The translations under genes were made by a program, and so were the position numbers. DNA of 52,902 nt from an uncultured Candidatus Saccharibacteria bacterium (GTDB lineage Bacteria > Patescibacteriota > Minisyncoccia > Phycocordibacterales > UBA2100). The stretch is from positions 1 to 52,902 of the forward strand of contig CAYPGH010000001.1 of assembly GCA_964410475.1 (NCBI GenBank), written 5' to 3'. Shown here piece by piece: positions 17,054-26,995 of the stretch (position 1 is its first letter; each line of letters begins with the position of its first letter). The notes beneath the pieces are model-generated. The model saw only the letters and a program-made list of their open reading frames with translations. It was not told where the DNA came from and ran no database searches.

Positions 17054-18922
17054 ATGTGCGGCATCGCGGGATTTCTTGGTAAGGGCACGCGTGGTGAGCT
17101 TGAGGCGATGATTGGTTCCATCAAGCATCGTGGCCCTGATGATAGCGGTATCTTCCTTGAAAAAAACGTCGGTCTTGCGCACGCGCGACTTGCAATCATC
17201 GATACGAGCCCGACTGGACATCAGCCGATGTCCTTGCCTAACGCATCGGTCACCATAGTATTAAACGGCGAGATTTATAATTATCGCGAATTGCGAGAAG
17301 AACTAATCAAAGATGGATGCACATTTCGCGGCACCTCCGACACCGAGGTTATTCTCTCCCTTTATAAACTAAAGGGCGTTGAGTGTTTCAAAGAGCTAAT
17401 AGGAATGTTTGCGATCGCGCTCTACGACGCGAAGAAAGAAACATTAATTCTTGCGCGAGACAGGATGGGTGAGAAGCCACTGTATTGGACTAAACAAGAT
17501 GGAACGATTCTTTTTGCATCGGAATTGTGCGGCCTGATGGCGATAAATCGTGTGGCTCGGAACATTAATCGGGATGCGCTCAAACACTACCTTTTTTCTG
17601 ATTACGTACCGACGCCGTTAAGTATTTTAGAGAATGTTTTCAAACTTGAACCGGCGACACTTCTTATCTGTACGGAGAATTCGGTTGAGAAAAAGAAATA
17701 CTGGACGCCACCGCAACACACTGTGTCATTATCTCTCGCGGATGCTTCTGCGCAGCTTGAGGAGCTTTTGCAAAAGAGCGTTTCTCGCGAAGTTCTCTCG
17801 GCCGATGTTCCTATAGGTGTGTTTTTGAGCGGAGGATTGGATAGCTCTACCATTGCGTACTTTGCGCAAAAATCTTCCGCACGCCCCATCGATACATTTT
17901 CTATCTCCTTTGACGACCCATCATTCGATGAATCGCGTTACGCTCGTGAGGTTGCCACACACATTGGTTCTAACCACCATGAGGAGAAATTCACTGCCAG
18001 CGCAGCACTCGGATTGGTAGAACAAATCCCGGATATTTTGAGCGAGCCGGTAGCTGACGCGTCGATTCTTCCCACCATGCTCCTTTCGCGTTTTGCACGA
18101 AAATCGGTCGCCGTCGCGCTCGGAGGAGATGGGGGCGACGAGTTATTCGCAGGGTACCCGACGTTTCAGGCCGATATGTTTTCGAACTTGTATACACGCA
18201 TGCCGATAACCTTTCAGCGCATGTTGGAGGCCGGGGGAGACATGCTTCCCGCAAGTCATGAAGATTTTTCGTTCTCCTACAAGCTTCAAAAATTATTATC
18301 AAGCCATGTCAGCGACCTAATAGAACGCCATCTAGAATGGCTTGGATCGTTCCAGCCGAGTGCGCTCGCGAAACTTGCCGGTCCTACACTTAAAAACACG
18401 CATGACCCCGACCTATTTAAACATGCACATCAATATGCAGATGAGATTGACGATAGCGATGCAGGAAATCAACTCTTGTATATGTACGCACGCACGTATC
18501 TCATGGACGAGGTTCTGGTAAAAGTGGATCGCGCGAGCATGCACTATGCGCTCGAAACGCGCGCGCCATTTCTTGATCACACGATTGTGGATTTTGTTTT
18601 CTCGCTTCCGTATTCGCTCAAATATAGAAACGGCACGACCAAGTATATTTTGAAAAGACTCATGGACGGAAAACTTCCTTCACACATTGTCCGAAGGAAA
18701 AAGAAGGGTTTTGGGGTCCCGATTGCACGATGGCTTACGAAAGAGTTGCGGCCGTTGTGCGAAGAACTTCTTTCGCCCAGCTCCCTGAGTGCACACCAAC
18801 TCTTTGACCAAAAGTATGTCGATAGACTGAAAAATGAGCACATGGAAGGCAAGAGAGACAACCGTAAGGAGCTGTGGAACTTGACGGTATTCCAGCTATG
18901 GTACAAGCGGTGGATGCGGTAG
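17054..18922 (+). CDS. asnB: Asparagine synthase (glutamine-hydrolysing) family amidotransferase
   Basis: MCGIAGFLG (N-terminal nucleophile Cys2), and the SGGLDSS PP-loop. 622 aa. Confidence 0.9.
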   Translation: MCGIAGFLGKGTRGELEAMIGSIKHRGPDDSGIFLEKNVGLAHARLAIIDTSPTGHQPMSLPNASVTIVLNGEIYNYRELREELIKDGCTFRGTSDTEVILSLYKLKGVECFKELIGMFAIALYDAKKETLILARDRMGEKPLYWTKQDGTILFASELCGLMAINRVARNINRDALKHYLFSDYVPTPLSILENVFKLEPATLLICTENSVEKKKYWTPPQHTVSLSLADASAQLEELLQKSVSREVLSADVPIGVFLSGGLDSSTIAYFAQKSSARPIDTFSISFDDPSFDESRYAREVATHIGSNHHEEKFTASAALGLVEQIPDILSEPVADASILPTMLLSRFARKSVAVALGGDGGDELFAGYPTFQADMFSNLYTRMPITFQRMLEAGGDMLPASHEDFSFSYKLQKLLSSHVSDLIERHLEWLGSFQPSALAKLAGPTLKNTHDPDLFKHAHQYADEIDDSDAGNQLLYMYARTYLMDEVLVKVDRASMHYALETRAPFLDHTIVDFVFSLPYSLKYRNGTTKYILKRLMDGKLPSHIVRRKKKGFGVPIARWLTKELRPLCEELLSPSSLSAHQLFDQKYVDRLKNEHMEGKRDNRKELWNLTVFQLWYKRWMR

Positions 18923-18923
18923 A

Positions 18924-19496
18924 ATGCCCTCCATGCTAAAAAGGCTCAATCTCGGCTGTGGCGAGGACAAAAAAGTCGGCTACATCAACGTTGATTGGTC
19001 GTCGCTTGTTTCTCCTGATGTGGTACATGATCTGAATAAGGTGCCGTACCCGTTTGAAGACAGTTCCATCGACCGCATCGAGGCATTCCATGTACTCGAG
19101 CATCTGGAAAAACCATTTGTGTTGATGAAGGAATTTCATCGGATACTGAAACGGGGTGGGGAATTGAACATAAAAGTCCCGCATTTCAGCCGTGGCTTCA
19201 CGCATGCCGAACACGAGCACGGATTCGATGTCACGTTCCCCTTGTATTTCAACGAGAACTTCACCAAATCTGGCTACTACGGCGTTCCATTCGAACTCAA
19301 ATCTCTGCGTCTTTCATGGCTCGCATTTTTCCACCTTCTTCCATACATGGGGTATGGGCGCTTCTCCATTTCGATATTGCGCGCCGTGAATGCTTTTATT
19401 TCTACTCTCGCGAATATCTCTCCCACATTCACGAGCCGCATTTGGTGCTTCTGGGTAGGAGGATTCGACGAAATTGAATTTATATTCGTAAAATAG
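18924..19496 (+). CDS. SAM-dependent methyltransferase (Methyltransf_11-like)
   Basis: Contains LNLGCGEDKKVGYINVDW, IEAFHVLEHLEKPFVLMKEFHRILKRGGELNIKVPHF. Confidence 0.7.
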   Translation: MPSMLKRLNLGCGEDKKVGYINVDWSSLVSPDVVHDLNKVPYPFEDSSIDRIEAFHVLEHLEKPFVLMKEFHRILKRGGELNIKVPHFSRGFTHAEHEHGFDVTFPLYFNENFTKSGYYGVPFELKSLRLSWLAFFHLLPYMGYGRFSISILRAVNAFISTLANISPTFTSRIWCFWVGGFDEIEFIFVK

Positions 19497-19504
19497 AAAT
19501 ACCT

Positions 19505-20278
19505 ATGTCATCTGAACATCGATTCGGTTATGAGTGGGATCGCTATTCGCGTATGACCAGTGATTATGAACGTCAGTTTCGTAACTGGACGCACCCGATG
19601 AGGCCTGAAGATTGGAAAGGCCTGCGCATTCTTGATGCGGGATGTGGCATGGGTCGCAATAGCTACTGGCCACTAAAATGGGGTGCCGCATCGGGCGTTG
19701 CTTTTGATTTTGACGAACGATCGGTCGGGAGAACACAAGAAACACTAAAAGATTTTCCGAATGCGCACGTTTTGTTCAGCAGTATCTATGATATCCAATG
19801 GAAGAATGAGTTTGATATCGCATTTTCTATCGGCGTTATTCATCATCTTGCGGAACCGCGCCGCGCGCTATCGCGGCTTGTGGATGCACTCAAGCCGAAG
19901 GGGAGATTGCTTATCTGGGTGTATAGCTATGAAGGAAATGAATGGATAGTTTGGTACGTCGATCCCGTCAGAAAAGTCATCACATCGAAACTGCCCCCTG
20001 TGCTTGTCCATACGCTTTCATATCTCTGCTCAATTCCATTGTATGTTTTCCTTAAAATCATGCGTGGTCCTTCTGCTTACTTACGCCAACTTTCCTCATT
20101 TGATTTCTGGCATATTCACTGTATTGTATTTGACCAGCTCATTCCGGATATTGCCAACTATTGGCGACGCGACGAGGTGCGCGCTCTTGCGGACGGGCTC
20201 CCACTTGCGGATGTGCGCGTTGAGGCGACACCGGAAGGCACGGGGTGGATTTTAACTGCAAAAAAACTATATGACTGA
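19505..20278 (+). CDS. Class I SAM-dependent methyltransferase
   Basis: Contains ILDAGCGMGRNSYW, AFSIGVIHHLAEPRRALSRLVDALKPKGRLLIWVY. Confidence 0.75.
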   Translation: MSSEHRFGYEWDRYSRMTSDYERQFRNWTHPMRPEDWKGLRILDAGCGMGRNSYWPLKWGAASGVAFDFDERSVGRTQETLKDFPNAHVLFSSIYDIQWKNEFDIAFSIGVIHHLAEPRRALSRLVDALKPKGRLLIWVYSYEGNEWIVWYVDPVRKVITSKLPPVLVHTLSYLCSIPLYVFLKIMRGPSAYLRQLSSFDFWHIHCIVFDQLIPDIANYWRRDEVRALADGLPLADVRVEATPEGTGWILTAKKLYD

Positions 20279-20951
20279 TATTCGAGAATTTTTTAAACGC
20301 TGGCCTCGCTTCTACTTTTTCATCGCAACTGTTTTTGGCCCAATGATGTTTTGTGGATTGAGCGCGAAAGATTTTCTCAAACGCTATCCGTCCGTAGGGA
20401 AGACACTTAATCTCGGCTCAGGCCCGCGTGTGCTTCGTGACGATGTGATAAATGTGGATATATATCCATATCCAGGTGTGAAAATTAATGCAGATGTTTG
20501 CGCAATACCTTTGCCTGATGCAAGCGTGGCACGCATAATTTCTGATAACGTTCTCGAGCATGTGAAAAATCCTGTCGCAGCTGTTGCGGAAATGCATCGA
20601 CTTTTAGACGCGGGAGGTTTGGCATACGTTGCAACACCTTTCATGTACCCGTTCCATTCTTCTCCGAATGATTATCAGCGCTGGACAAGGGAAGGCCTCA
20701 TTGAGTTATTTTTCGCATTTGAGATGGTAGAAATAGGTGTGCGTGCAGGGCCATTCTCCGCACTCGATGCGTACTTATGTCATATGACAGGAATTATCTT
20801 TTCTTTTGGTTCACCTGCACTCAACTCACTCATCGCGAATCTTGCGATGTTTGTATTCTTCCCAATTAAGCTTTTAGACCTGGTTTTCAACCATTGGCCG
20901 AATGCACACATGGTGTCCGCAATTTTGTATTGCGTTGTCAGGAAAGAATAA
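20271..20951 (+). CDS. Class I SAM-dependent methyltransferase
   Basis: Contains LNLGSGPRVL, IISDNVLEHVKNPVAAVAEMHRLLDAGGLAYVATPFMYPFHSSPNDYQRWT. Paralogous to the genes at 4657 and 7034. Confidence 0.75.
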   Translation: MTDIREFFKRWPRFYFFIATVFGPMMFCGLSAKDFLKRYPSVGKTLNLGSGPRVLRDDVINVDIYPYPGVKINADVCAIPLPDASVARIISDNVLEHVKNPVAAVAEMHRLLDAGGLAYVATPFMYPFHSSPNDYQRWTREGLIELFFAFEMVEIGVRAGPFSALDAYLCHMTGIIFSFGSPALNSLIANLAMFVFFPIKLLDLVFNHWPNAHMVSAILYCVVRKE

Positions 20952-20958
20952 CTTATCT

Positions 20959-22674
20959 ATGTTGTCTTTCGCGTGTACGCATCGCATCGCCATTCTCGTT
21001 GCTCTCTTAGTTGGGAGTATTACGGTGGCGCCTTCAATCATCGCGCCTCTCTCTTTGGGGAGTGCTTATCAGGGTGTTCAATTTTTGCCTATTGATGACG
21101 AAGAGGTGTACCGCGCGCGCATTCACGAAATAACAGATGGCTATCCGAGAGCGTCTTCGCCGTATTTTCTAGAGTACAAAAATGCTGATTCACCGATGGC
21201 TACTATCAATGACTGGGTCTATGCTCTGCCTGCATTTGTACTCGGGCTCTCGGCAGTCATTGTCATGAGTAAATTTCTTTTTCCGGCGCTTCTATTTTTA
21301 TTGGTGTACTTACTTGTGCGGAGAATCATTGGGGAGCAGAGTGGCGATGCGATTCTCGCCGCGGTTCTCGGTGGGCTACTCGTTGTCTTAGGATACGACC
21401 TTATCGATTACAGGACGGTTCTTGAAGTCCTTAGCGGGACTGCCATTCCCTCATTCCCAGTATGGACGCGTCTTGTGAATCCTATTGTCGGCGCGCTTCT
21501 CTTTTTTGGATTTCTCCACGCTCTTTGGTCAATGGTGGAGAGAAAGAAATATGCGTATGTAGGCACTGGGATACTGATAGCACTCTCAGTCGGTTATTTT
21601 TTCAATTTCGCACTAGCGCTTGCTATTACGGGGTCACTTTTCCTCGTTGCCTTCTTACAGAAGAATTATACGTTGGCTCGTGAATGTGCGTACGCTATAG
21701 GTATATCGGTCGTACTTGACGCATGGTATTGGTACAGCACGCTTACCGCGATCGGTGGCGAGGCGGGCAAAAAGCTCGCGCTTCTCAATGGTATGTTCTT
21801 CACACACGACCCCGTCATCAACATGCTCGTTCTCGCAACGACACTGTTTTTCCTAGGTAGTATTTTTTTGGCGTGGAAGCAGGGAGTTTTGGGAGAAAGA
21901 AGGTTCGCGTGGGGATTTATGGTCGCTCTGCTTTTTGGATCGTGGGTCGCGTTCAATCATCAGATTATTACCGGTCGTACTATCTGGTATTACCACTTTG
22001 TTCAGTATGTGATTCCGCTGTGCCTTGTCGTTGGAATACTCGTTTTACATAGTGTATGGAGACCTCTTGCGCCATGGCTATGGCGCATCAGTATGGTTCT
22101 ACTTGCGGTGTTTGTGTTGGGATACGGAGTCTACGGCGTGCTCCAAGTTAAGAATCACTTGCCCGCGTACGAGCGCCTTCAAAACTACGCAACAGTATTT
22201 GAATATCTTGCGGACGATAAGGAGTGCGTTGTGATGATCTTGGATGACAATGAAGTGCTTGAAAGATTAATCCCTGCATATACAGACTGCAATACGTACA
22301 CTTCTACCTATGTATATTTTGGAGTGCCACAAGAGCGCATATTGCACAATTACTTGTTCACTATGAAGATCAAAGGAATTAGTCCTAAGGAGGTGCGCGC
22401 ATACATAGACGCGCGCCCGGACTTGGTTAGATCATATTTCTTCTCGGATTGGGATCAGATGTTTGGAAGGGATGATGGCACATGGTTTGCCGACACAGTT
22501 GCGTATATTGAGGATGAATATACACAATTTGAAAAAGGAAATATGGATGAACAATTTACGAAATATCAGCTTGACCACATTATTTCAAAGCAACAGCTAT
22601 CAACATCTGTACTCGACATGCTCCCGACTACAGTCGTGGAGAAAAAAGGGGAATTCTTTTTCTACTCGTTTTAG
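20959..22674 (+). CDS. Polytopic membrane protein of unknown function with a soluble C-terminal domain
   Basis: ORF 20902..22674; the ATG at 20959 follows the upstream stop. There are at least 10 hydrophobic segments by eye. I recognise no motif. A GT-C-like role is only a context-based guess. Confidence 0.55.
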   Translation: MLSFACTHRIAILVALLVGSITVAPSIIAPLSLGSAYQGVQFLPIDDEEVYRARIHEITDGYPRASSPYFLEYKNADSPMATINDWVYALPAFVLGLSAVIVMSKFLFPALLFLLVYLLVRRIIGEQSGDAILAAVLGGLLVVLGYDLIDYRTVLEVLSGTAIPSFPVWTRLVNPIVGALLFFGFLHALWSMVERKKYAYVGTGILIALSVGYFFNFALALAITGSLFLVAFLQKNYTLARECAYAIGISVVLDAWYWYSTLTAIGGEAGKKLALLNGMFFTHDPVINMLVLATTLFFLGSIFLAWKQGVLGERRFAWGFMVALLFGSWVAFNHQIITGRTIWYYHFVQYVIPLCLVVGILVLHSVWRPLAPWLWRISMVLLAVFVLGYGVYGVLQVKNHLPAYERLQNYATVFEYLADDKECVVMILDDNEVLERLIPAYTDCNTYTSTYVYFGVPQERILHNYLFTMKIKGISPKEVRAYIDARPDLVRSYFFSDWDQMFGRDDGTWFADTVAYIEDEYTQFEKGNMDEQFTKYQLDHIISKQQLSTSVLDMLPTTVVEKKGEFFFYSF

Positions 22675-22778
22675 AGAAACTAGACAAGTAAGTTTTTGAG
22701 GTTTTTCTACCAAAGTTAAACCTTTCGAAACACAAAACACTCGCTATACGGTTCCGTAAAGTTCGTGACTAAGTGTAG

Positions 22779-24170
22779 CTACACTTTCTGCACGTGCTTC
22801 AGCCGGAAGAAATTCTCAAACGTTTTTTTGACATGCTCTATATGCCCAGCAGTAAGAGCTGGATGACAGCCAATGAAGACAGCGTTATCCCTCAAAAAGC
22901 GCGACACTTGTAAACGACCGACAGACCGATGCGGCTGGTCTCGGAAAGCCGGCTGATCAGGCAAACAGCCATCAAAAAAAGGCCTAGTCTCAATACCGTT
23001 CTTTTCAAGAAATAATATTAGCTCTCTACGCGTGCATGGCGCATCCGGCCGCAGCAAGACTGTATATCCGTAGAAGTTGTGATATGTACCAGGGCGTACT
23101 GTCGGAAGCTGCAGATACTTCTGCCACGGCGATAAAAAGGCAGTGTATTTTTTGACGACCTGCATACGACGGCGATTGAGTTGATCTAACTTCTTCAACT
23201 GTTCGAGTCCTAGCGCTGCCATTACATCGGTCATACGCACATTGAAACCCAGGCGCTGTGTAATATAGCGCGCATCATAATATCCGAGCAGTCGGTCACG
23301 ATAATGCAGTCTACGTGTGCGGATGATATCTATCGGCAATCGGCCAAATTCACGCAAGGATGTCAAAAGATCGTAGTATTTCTTTTTGTTCGTCAATATC
23401 ATTCCACCCTCTCCAGTAGTCATATTGTGCGCCACGAAAAAGCTTAGGGTTGCCATGTCTCCGAAAGAGCCAACTTTTCTTGTGCCAATCATAGCTCCAT
23501 GAGCCTCACAGCAATCTTCCAATACGCATAGATTATGCTTTCTGGCCAAGCGCATAATGGCCGGCATATCAGCAGGATTACCAAAACTATGCACCACCAT
23601 AATGATACGTGTTTCTTTGGTAATCGCCTTTTTTATTTCTCGGGGATCAATATTCCACGTGTCCTTGTCTACGTCGACATACACGGGTTTCATCTTCAAG
23701 TGCAAGACCGGAGAGGCCACAGCCGAAAATGTTGCCGCTGGCATAATGACCTCGGCTCCATCGGGGATGTTATGCGCTTCCTTCAAAGCGGCTAAGGCAA
23801 GCAAATTTGCAGAAGAGCCAGAGTTCACAGCGACCGCTTCCTTGACACCAAGATACTTCGCAAAATTCTCTTCAAAGGCTTTGACTTTCGCGCCCTGAGA
23901 TAATCTCAAATCCAACAGAGAATCTAACGCGTTCAAAATCTCACGCTCATCATACATCGGCCAACTTAAATTGACCTTACCCGGCTTAAGTGCAGATGTA
24001 CCATGACGCTTCACCATTATCCTCTTGACCAAAGCGTTAAGCTGTCGTTGATACCACTTTCTCTTCATAGCGGTATATACAATAGGCCATATATCAGATT
24101 TGTAAAGAACCCTGCGCCAGCGCGCGACTTCCCCGGTGCTTCCAGTAAATACTTCATGAAATTCTTGCAT
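22779..24170 (-). CDS. DegT/DnrJ/EryC1-family PLP enzyme with His in place of the Schiff-base Lys (ColD/E1-like sugar 3-dehydratase)
   Basis: Contains LSQGAKVKAFEENFAKYLG, NSGSSANLLAL, and SFFVAHNMTTGEGG. This aligns with SLNFHKHIHTGEG and SLQSTKHMTPGEGG in the other DegT proteins here, so K becomes H (codon 23427-23429). The start is uncertain (24170, 24068 or 24017). Confidence 0.7.
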   Translation of the reverse strand: MQEFHEVFTGSTGEVARWRRVLYKSDIWPIVYTAMKRKWYQRQLNALVKRIMVKRHGTSALKPGKVNLSWPMYDEREILNALDSLLDLRLSQGAKVKAFEENFAKYLGVKEAVAVNSGSSANLLALAALKEAHNIPDGAEVIMPAATFSAVASPVLHLKMKPVYVDVDKDTWNIDPREIKKAITKETRIIMVVHSFGNPADMPAIMRLARKHNLCVLEDCCEAHGAMIGTRKVGSFGDMATLSFFVAHNMTTGEGGMILTNKKKYYDLLTSLREFGRLPIDIIRTRRLHYRDRLLGYYDARYITQRLGFNVRMTDVMAALGLEQLKKLDQLNRRRMQVVKKYTAFLSPWQKYLQLPTVRPGTYHNFYGYTVLLRPDAPCTRRELILFLEKNGIETRPFFDGCLPDQPAFRDQPHRSVGRLQVSRFLRDNAVFIGCHPALTAGHIEHVKKTFENFFRLKHVQKV

Positions 24171-24187
24171 GGATAGGGTCGGTGCAA

Positions 24188-24193
24188 TATAAT
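24188..24193 (+). promoter_or_regulatory. Candidate -10 box (TATAAT)
   Basis: TATAAT lies in the 43-nt divergent gap, 20 nt upstream of the ATG at 24214. This is a motif match only. Confidence 0.3.
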
Positions 24194-24213
24194 GCCCTCT
24201 GATAAAAAATACT

Positions 24214-24594
24214 ATGGATCAAGCGCGTGCATTACAGTACGATTCCTTCAAAGACATCAGAGGCGAGATTTTCTTCCTGGAAATGAAGGGAATGAAATTC
24301 CATCTTATGTACACTAAGGCGGGCATGCTTCGTGGGGGCGACAGTCATCCCGATGGACAACGTGATTTGATTTTAAAAGGTCAAATGGAAGTAACGACTC
24401 ACGAGAGTGGTAGAGATATGTCTCGTGTGTACGGCCCGAACGAAATGATCAATATACCTGGGAGCGTACCGCATCTGTACCGATCTGTAACCGATACTGT
24501 AATGTTCGAGTGGCGCGACGGAGAGTACAAAGCTGATTACTACGCTCCATTTAGAGAGCAGGTAGAGAAACAGATTAAAGAACTCGAAGAATAG
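24214..24594 (+). CDS. Small cupin-fold protein (WxcM/FdtA-like sugar isomerase/epimerase candidate)
   Basis: 126 aa. [10 protein letters not shown]...[22 protein letters not shown] resembles the D-x-RG ... RG-x-H-x-H cupin pattern of nucleotide-sugar ketoisomerases. Confidence 0.45.
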   Translation: MDQARALQYDSFKDIRGEIFFLEMKGMKFHLMYTKAGMLRGGDSHPDGQRDLILKGQMEVTTHESGRDMSRVYGPNEMINIPGSVPHLYRSVTDTVMFEWRDGEYKADYYAPFREQVEKQIKELEE

Positions 24595-24596
24595 AT

Positions 24597-25697
24597 ATGT
24601 CGCAAAAGAAAGCAATTATCACTGGTATTACAGGTCAGGACGGCTCATATTTGGCAGAGTTGCTACTAGAAAAGGGGTACAAAGTGTATGGCCTTCAGCG
24701 CCGTTCCAGTTTACCCAATACCTATCGCGTTGATCACTTGTACGAGAATACAAAGCATCCGAATTTCAACATGATGTATGGAGATTTGGCAGACAGCTCA
24801 AACCTGTTTCGCCTCATTCATTCCGTGAAGCCGGATGAAATTTATAATCTTGGCGCCCAGAGCCATGTTCAGATCAGCTTCGATATGCCGGAATACACAG
24901 CCAACATCAATGCTATTGGCGCACTTCGAATCCTAGAAATCATCCGCAACCTCCAATTGCCGATAAAATATTATCAAGCAAGCTCATCTGAAATGTTCGG
25001 AAAAGTTTTGACGATACCTCAAAACGAAAAGACCCCATTTAATCCTCGGTCACCCTATGGAGTGTCTAAGGTTTTTGCATTTCAAATAACTAAGGCATTT
25101 CGCGAGAGCTACGGCATATTCGCGGCCAACGGCATCCTATTTAATCACGAGTCACCGCGTCGAGGACTTAATTTCGTTACGAGGAAAATTACCCTCGGCT
25201 TGTCTCGCATAAAGTTGGGACTAATAGATAAGATTCTGCTGGGTAATTTGGACGCTGTGAGAGACTGGGGTCACTCAAAGGATTATGTGAACGCGATCTG
25301 GAAAATACTGCAGCACCGAGAACCTGACGACTTTGTCATATCAACTGGCAAGACACATAGCGTGCGGGAATTTGTCGTCGAAGCCGCGAAAAATCTAGAT
25401 TACGATATCGTCTGGAAAGGAAAGGGCTTGAACGAGAAAGGTATTGATAAAAAGAGCGGTAAAGTATTGATTGAAGTAGATCCGATCTTCTTCCGTCCCA
25501 ACGAGGTCGCCTTCTTGCAAGGAGATTCTAGTAAAGCGAGGAAATTATTGAATTGGGAGCCCAAGGAAACTTTTCAATCGTTGGCTAAACTTATGGTTGA
25601 GTCTGACCTAGAGTACGCTGAAGAAGAGGCCCGCTCACATAGGCCAGTAATCTCGCAAAAGCGGTATACAGTCAAAGAGAAAAAACGTAGGAAGTAA
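24597..25697 (+). CDS. gmd: GDP-mannose 4,6-dehydratase
   Basis: Contains [70 protein letters not shown]. Confidence 0.9.
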   Translation: MSQKKAIITGITGQDGSYLAELLLEKGYKVYGLQRRSSLPNTYRVDHLYENTKHPNFNMMYGDLADSSNLFRLIHSVKPDEIYNLGAQSHVQISFDMPEYTANINAIGALRILEIIRNLQLPIKYYQASSSEMFGKVLTIPQNEKTPFNPRSPYGVSKVFAFQITKAFRESYGIFAANGILFNHESPRRGLNFVTRKITLGLSRIKLGLIDKILLGNLDAVRDWGHSKDYVNAIWKILQHREPDDFVISTGKTHSVREFVVEAAKNLDYDIVWKGKGLNEKGIDKKSGKVLIEVDPIFFRPNEVAFLQGDSSKARKLLNWEPKETFQSLAKLMVESDLEYAEEEARSHRPVISQKRYTVKEKKRRK

Positions 25698-25745
25698 CGC
25701 GCTTTAAAACTAATAACTAAGCGCACACCATATCTCTGATATCAC

Positions 25746-26951
25746 ATGAAGATTTACTTCATCACGCCCAAACTGGATTTCGTAAAATCCGGAGGTTCGA
25801 CAAGCGAATACGATCTAACCTATCGAACGTTGCAAAAATTAGGGCAGGAAGTTGTGGTAATCACGACCACACCGGAACGCAACCGGATTCCGCATGAACT
25901 ACCTTACACGGTTATAACTGAGGCGCAGGTTCCGCTTAACCGAGGACAGGTCGCAATACAGAAAGGAGTATACAAAGTTCTCCGAAAGTATGAATCTGAT
26001 GCTGATATTTTTCATATCGATGGGCAAGTCTATCTCTATGGCGCGGGACTCTACCGGCTTCTCGGGGGTAAGATTCCTGTTTTTGCGTACTTCAATAGAG
26101 AATTGACAGCGTGGCCAGAGAATTTCTCACCTTTTTTGGGAGTAGCGAAGGTGTCGCTCTATAAAGAAATTAGGCAGAAACTTCGGATCTTCATTGAAAG
26201 ATACATCGGCATGCCGATAGCAAATAGGATAGATTATTTTACTATTACAAATCCTTACTTACTCAAAGCGTACACAGATTTTGGATTCAAGGCAGACAAT
26301 AAGCACGCGATTATCGGTGACCCGTTTGACTACAAACAACTGATGTCCGAGAACAATGTTACGGAACACTCGTATCGACAACGAAACAAGAAGGAAGGCA
26401 CTCTCACTCTATACTCTTCAGGTCGCATGGCTCCCGGCAAGGGTTTTGACTTGCTGCTGACGGCGCTCTCTAAAGTCAAACATAAAGACCAGTTACGTCT
26501 CGTTATCGGAGGAACCGGGCCTGAGGAGAGCAAAATACACCAGCTCGCAAAGGATTTAGATCTTGAGCAGTATGTTGAGTTTCCTGGATGGGTGACAAAG
26601 GAACAGGTACATCTCTACTATTCAACGATCGATATCTTCATCCAGCCCCGTTGGCGTCCAGAATTAATCTCGATTATTTTGATGGAGGCCATGTCCTTTG
26701 GACTACCGATAATCTTGCCAGCTAACGGCGGATTGCAGTGGGTAACAAGCTCGGCAGCGCTCGCGTTTGAACATGACAATCCCGATGATTTGGCCGAGAA
26801 AATAGAGCGTTTAGTTTCTGACAGCTCTCTTCGAGAGCAACTATCGGAAGCGTGTTACGTTCGGCTCAAAGATGATGCATTGAATTACGAGAAAAACATC
26901 GCGAACATGTTGCAGGTCATGCAAACAACATGTTCAGCTAAAGAAGTTTAA
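25746..26951 (+). CDS. GT4 family glycosyltransferase
   Basis: Contains MKIYFITPKLDFVKSGGS, GRMAPGKGFDLLLTAL, and a GT1-type C-terminal domain. Confidence 0.8.
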   Translation: MKIYFITPKLDFVKSGGSTSEYDLTYRTLQKLGQEVVVITTTPERNRIPHELPYTVITEAQVPLNRGQVAIQKGVYKVLRKYESDADIFHIDGQVYLYGAGLYRLLGGKIPVFAYFNRELTAWPENFSPFLGVAKVSLYKEIRQKLRIFIERYIGMPIANRIDYFTITNPYLLKAYTDFGFKADNKHAIIGDPFDYKQLMSENNVTEHSYRQRNKKEGTLTLYSSGRMAPGKGFDLLLTALSKVKHKDQLRLVIGGTGPEESKIHQLAKDLDLEQYVEFPGWVTKEQVHLYYSTIDIFIQPRWRPELISIILMEAMSFGLPIILPANGGLQWVTSSAALAFEHDNPDDLAEKIERLVSDSSLREQLSEACYVRLKDDALNYEKNIANMLQVMQTTCSAKEV

Positions 26952-26995
26952 GAACACATATTTGGCGCAGTAAACGTGAAGTGTATACCGCGTGT

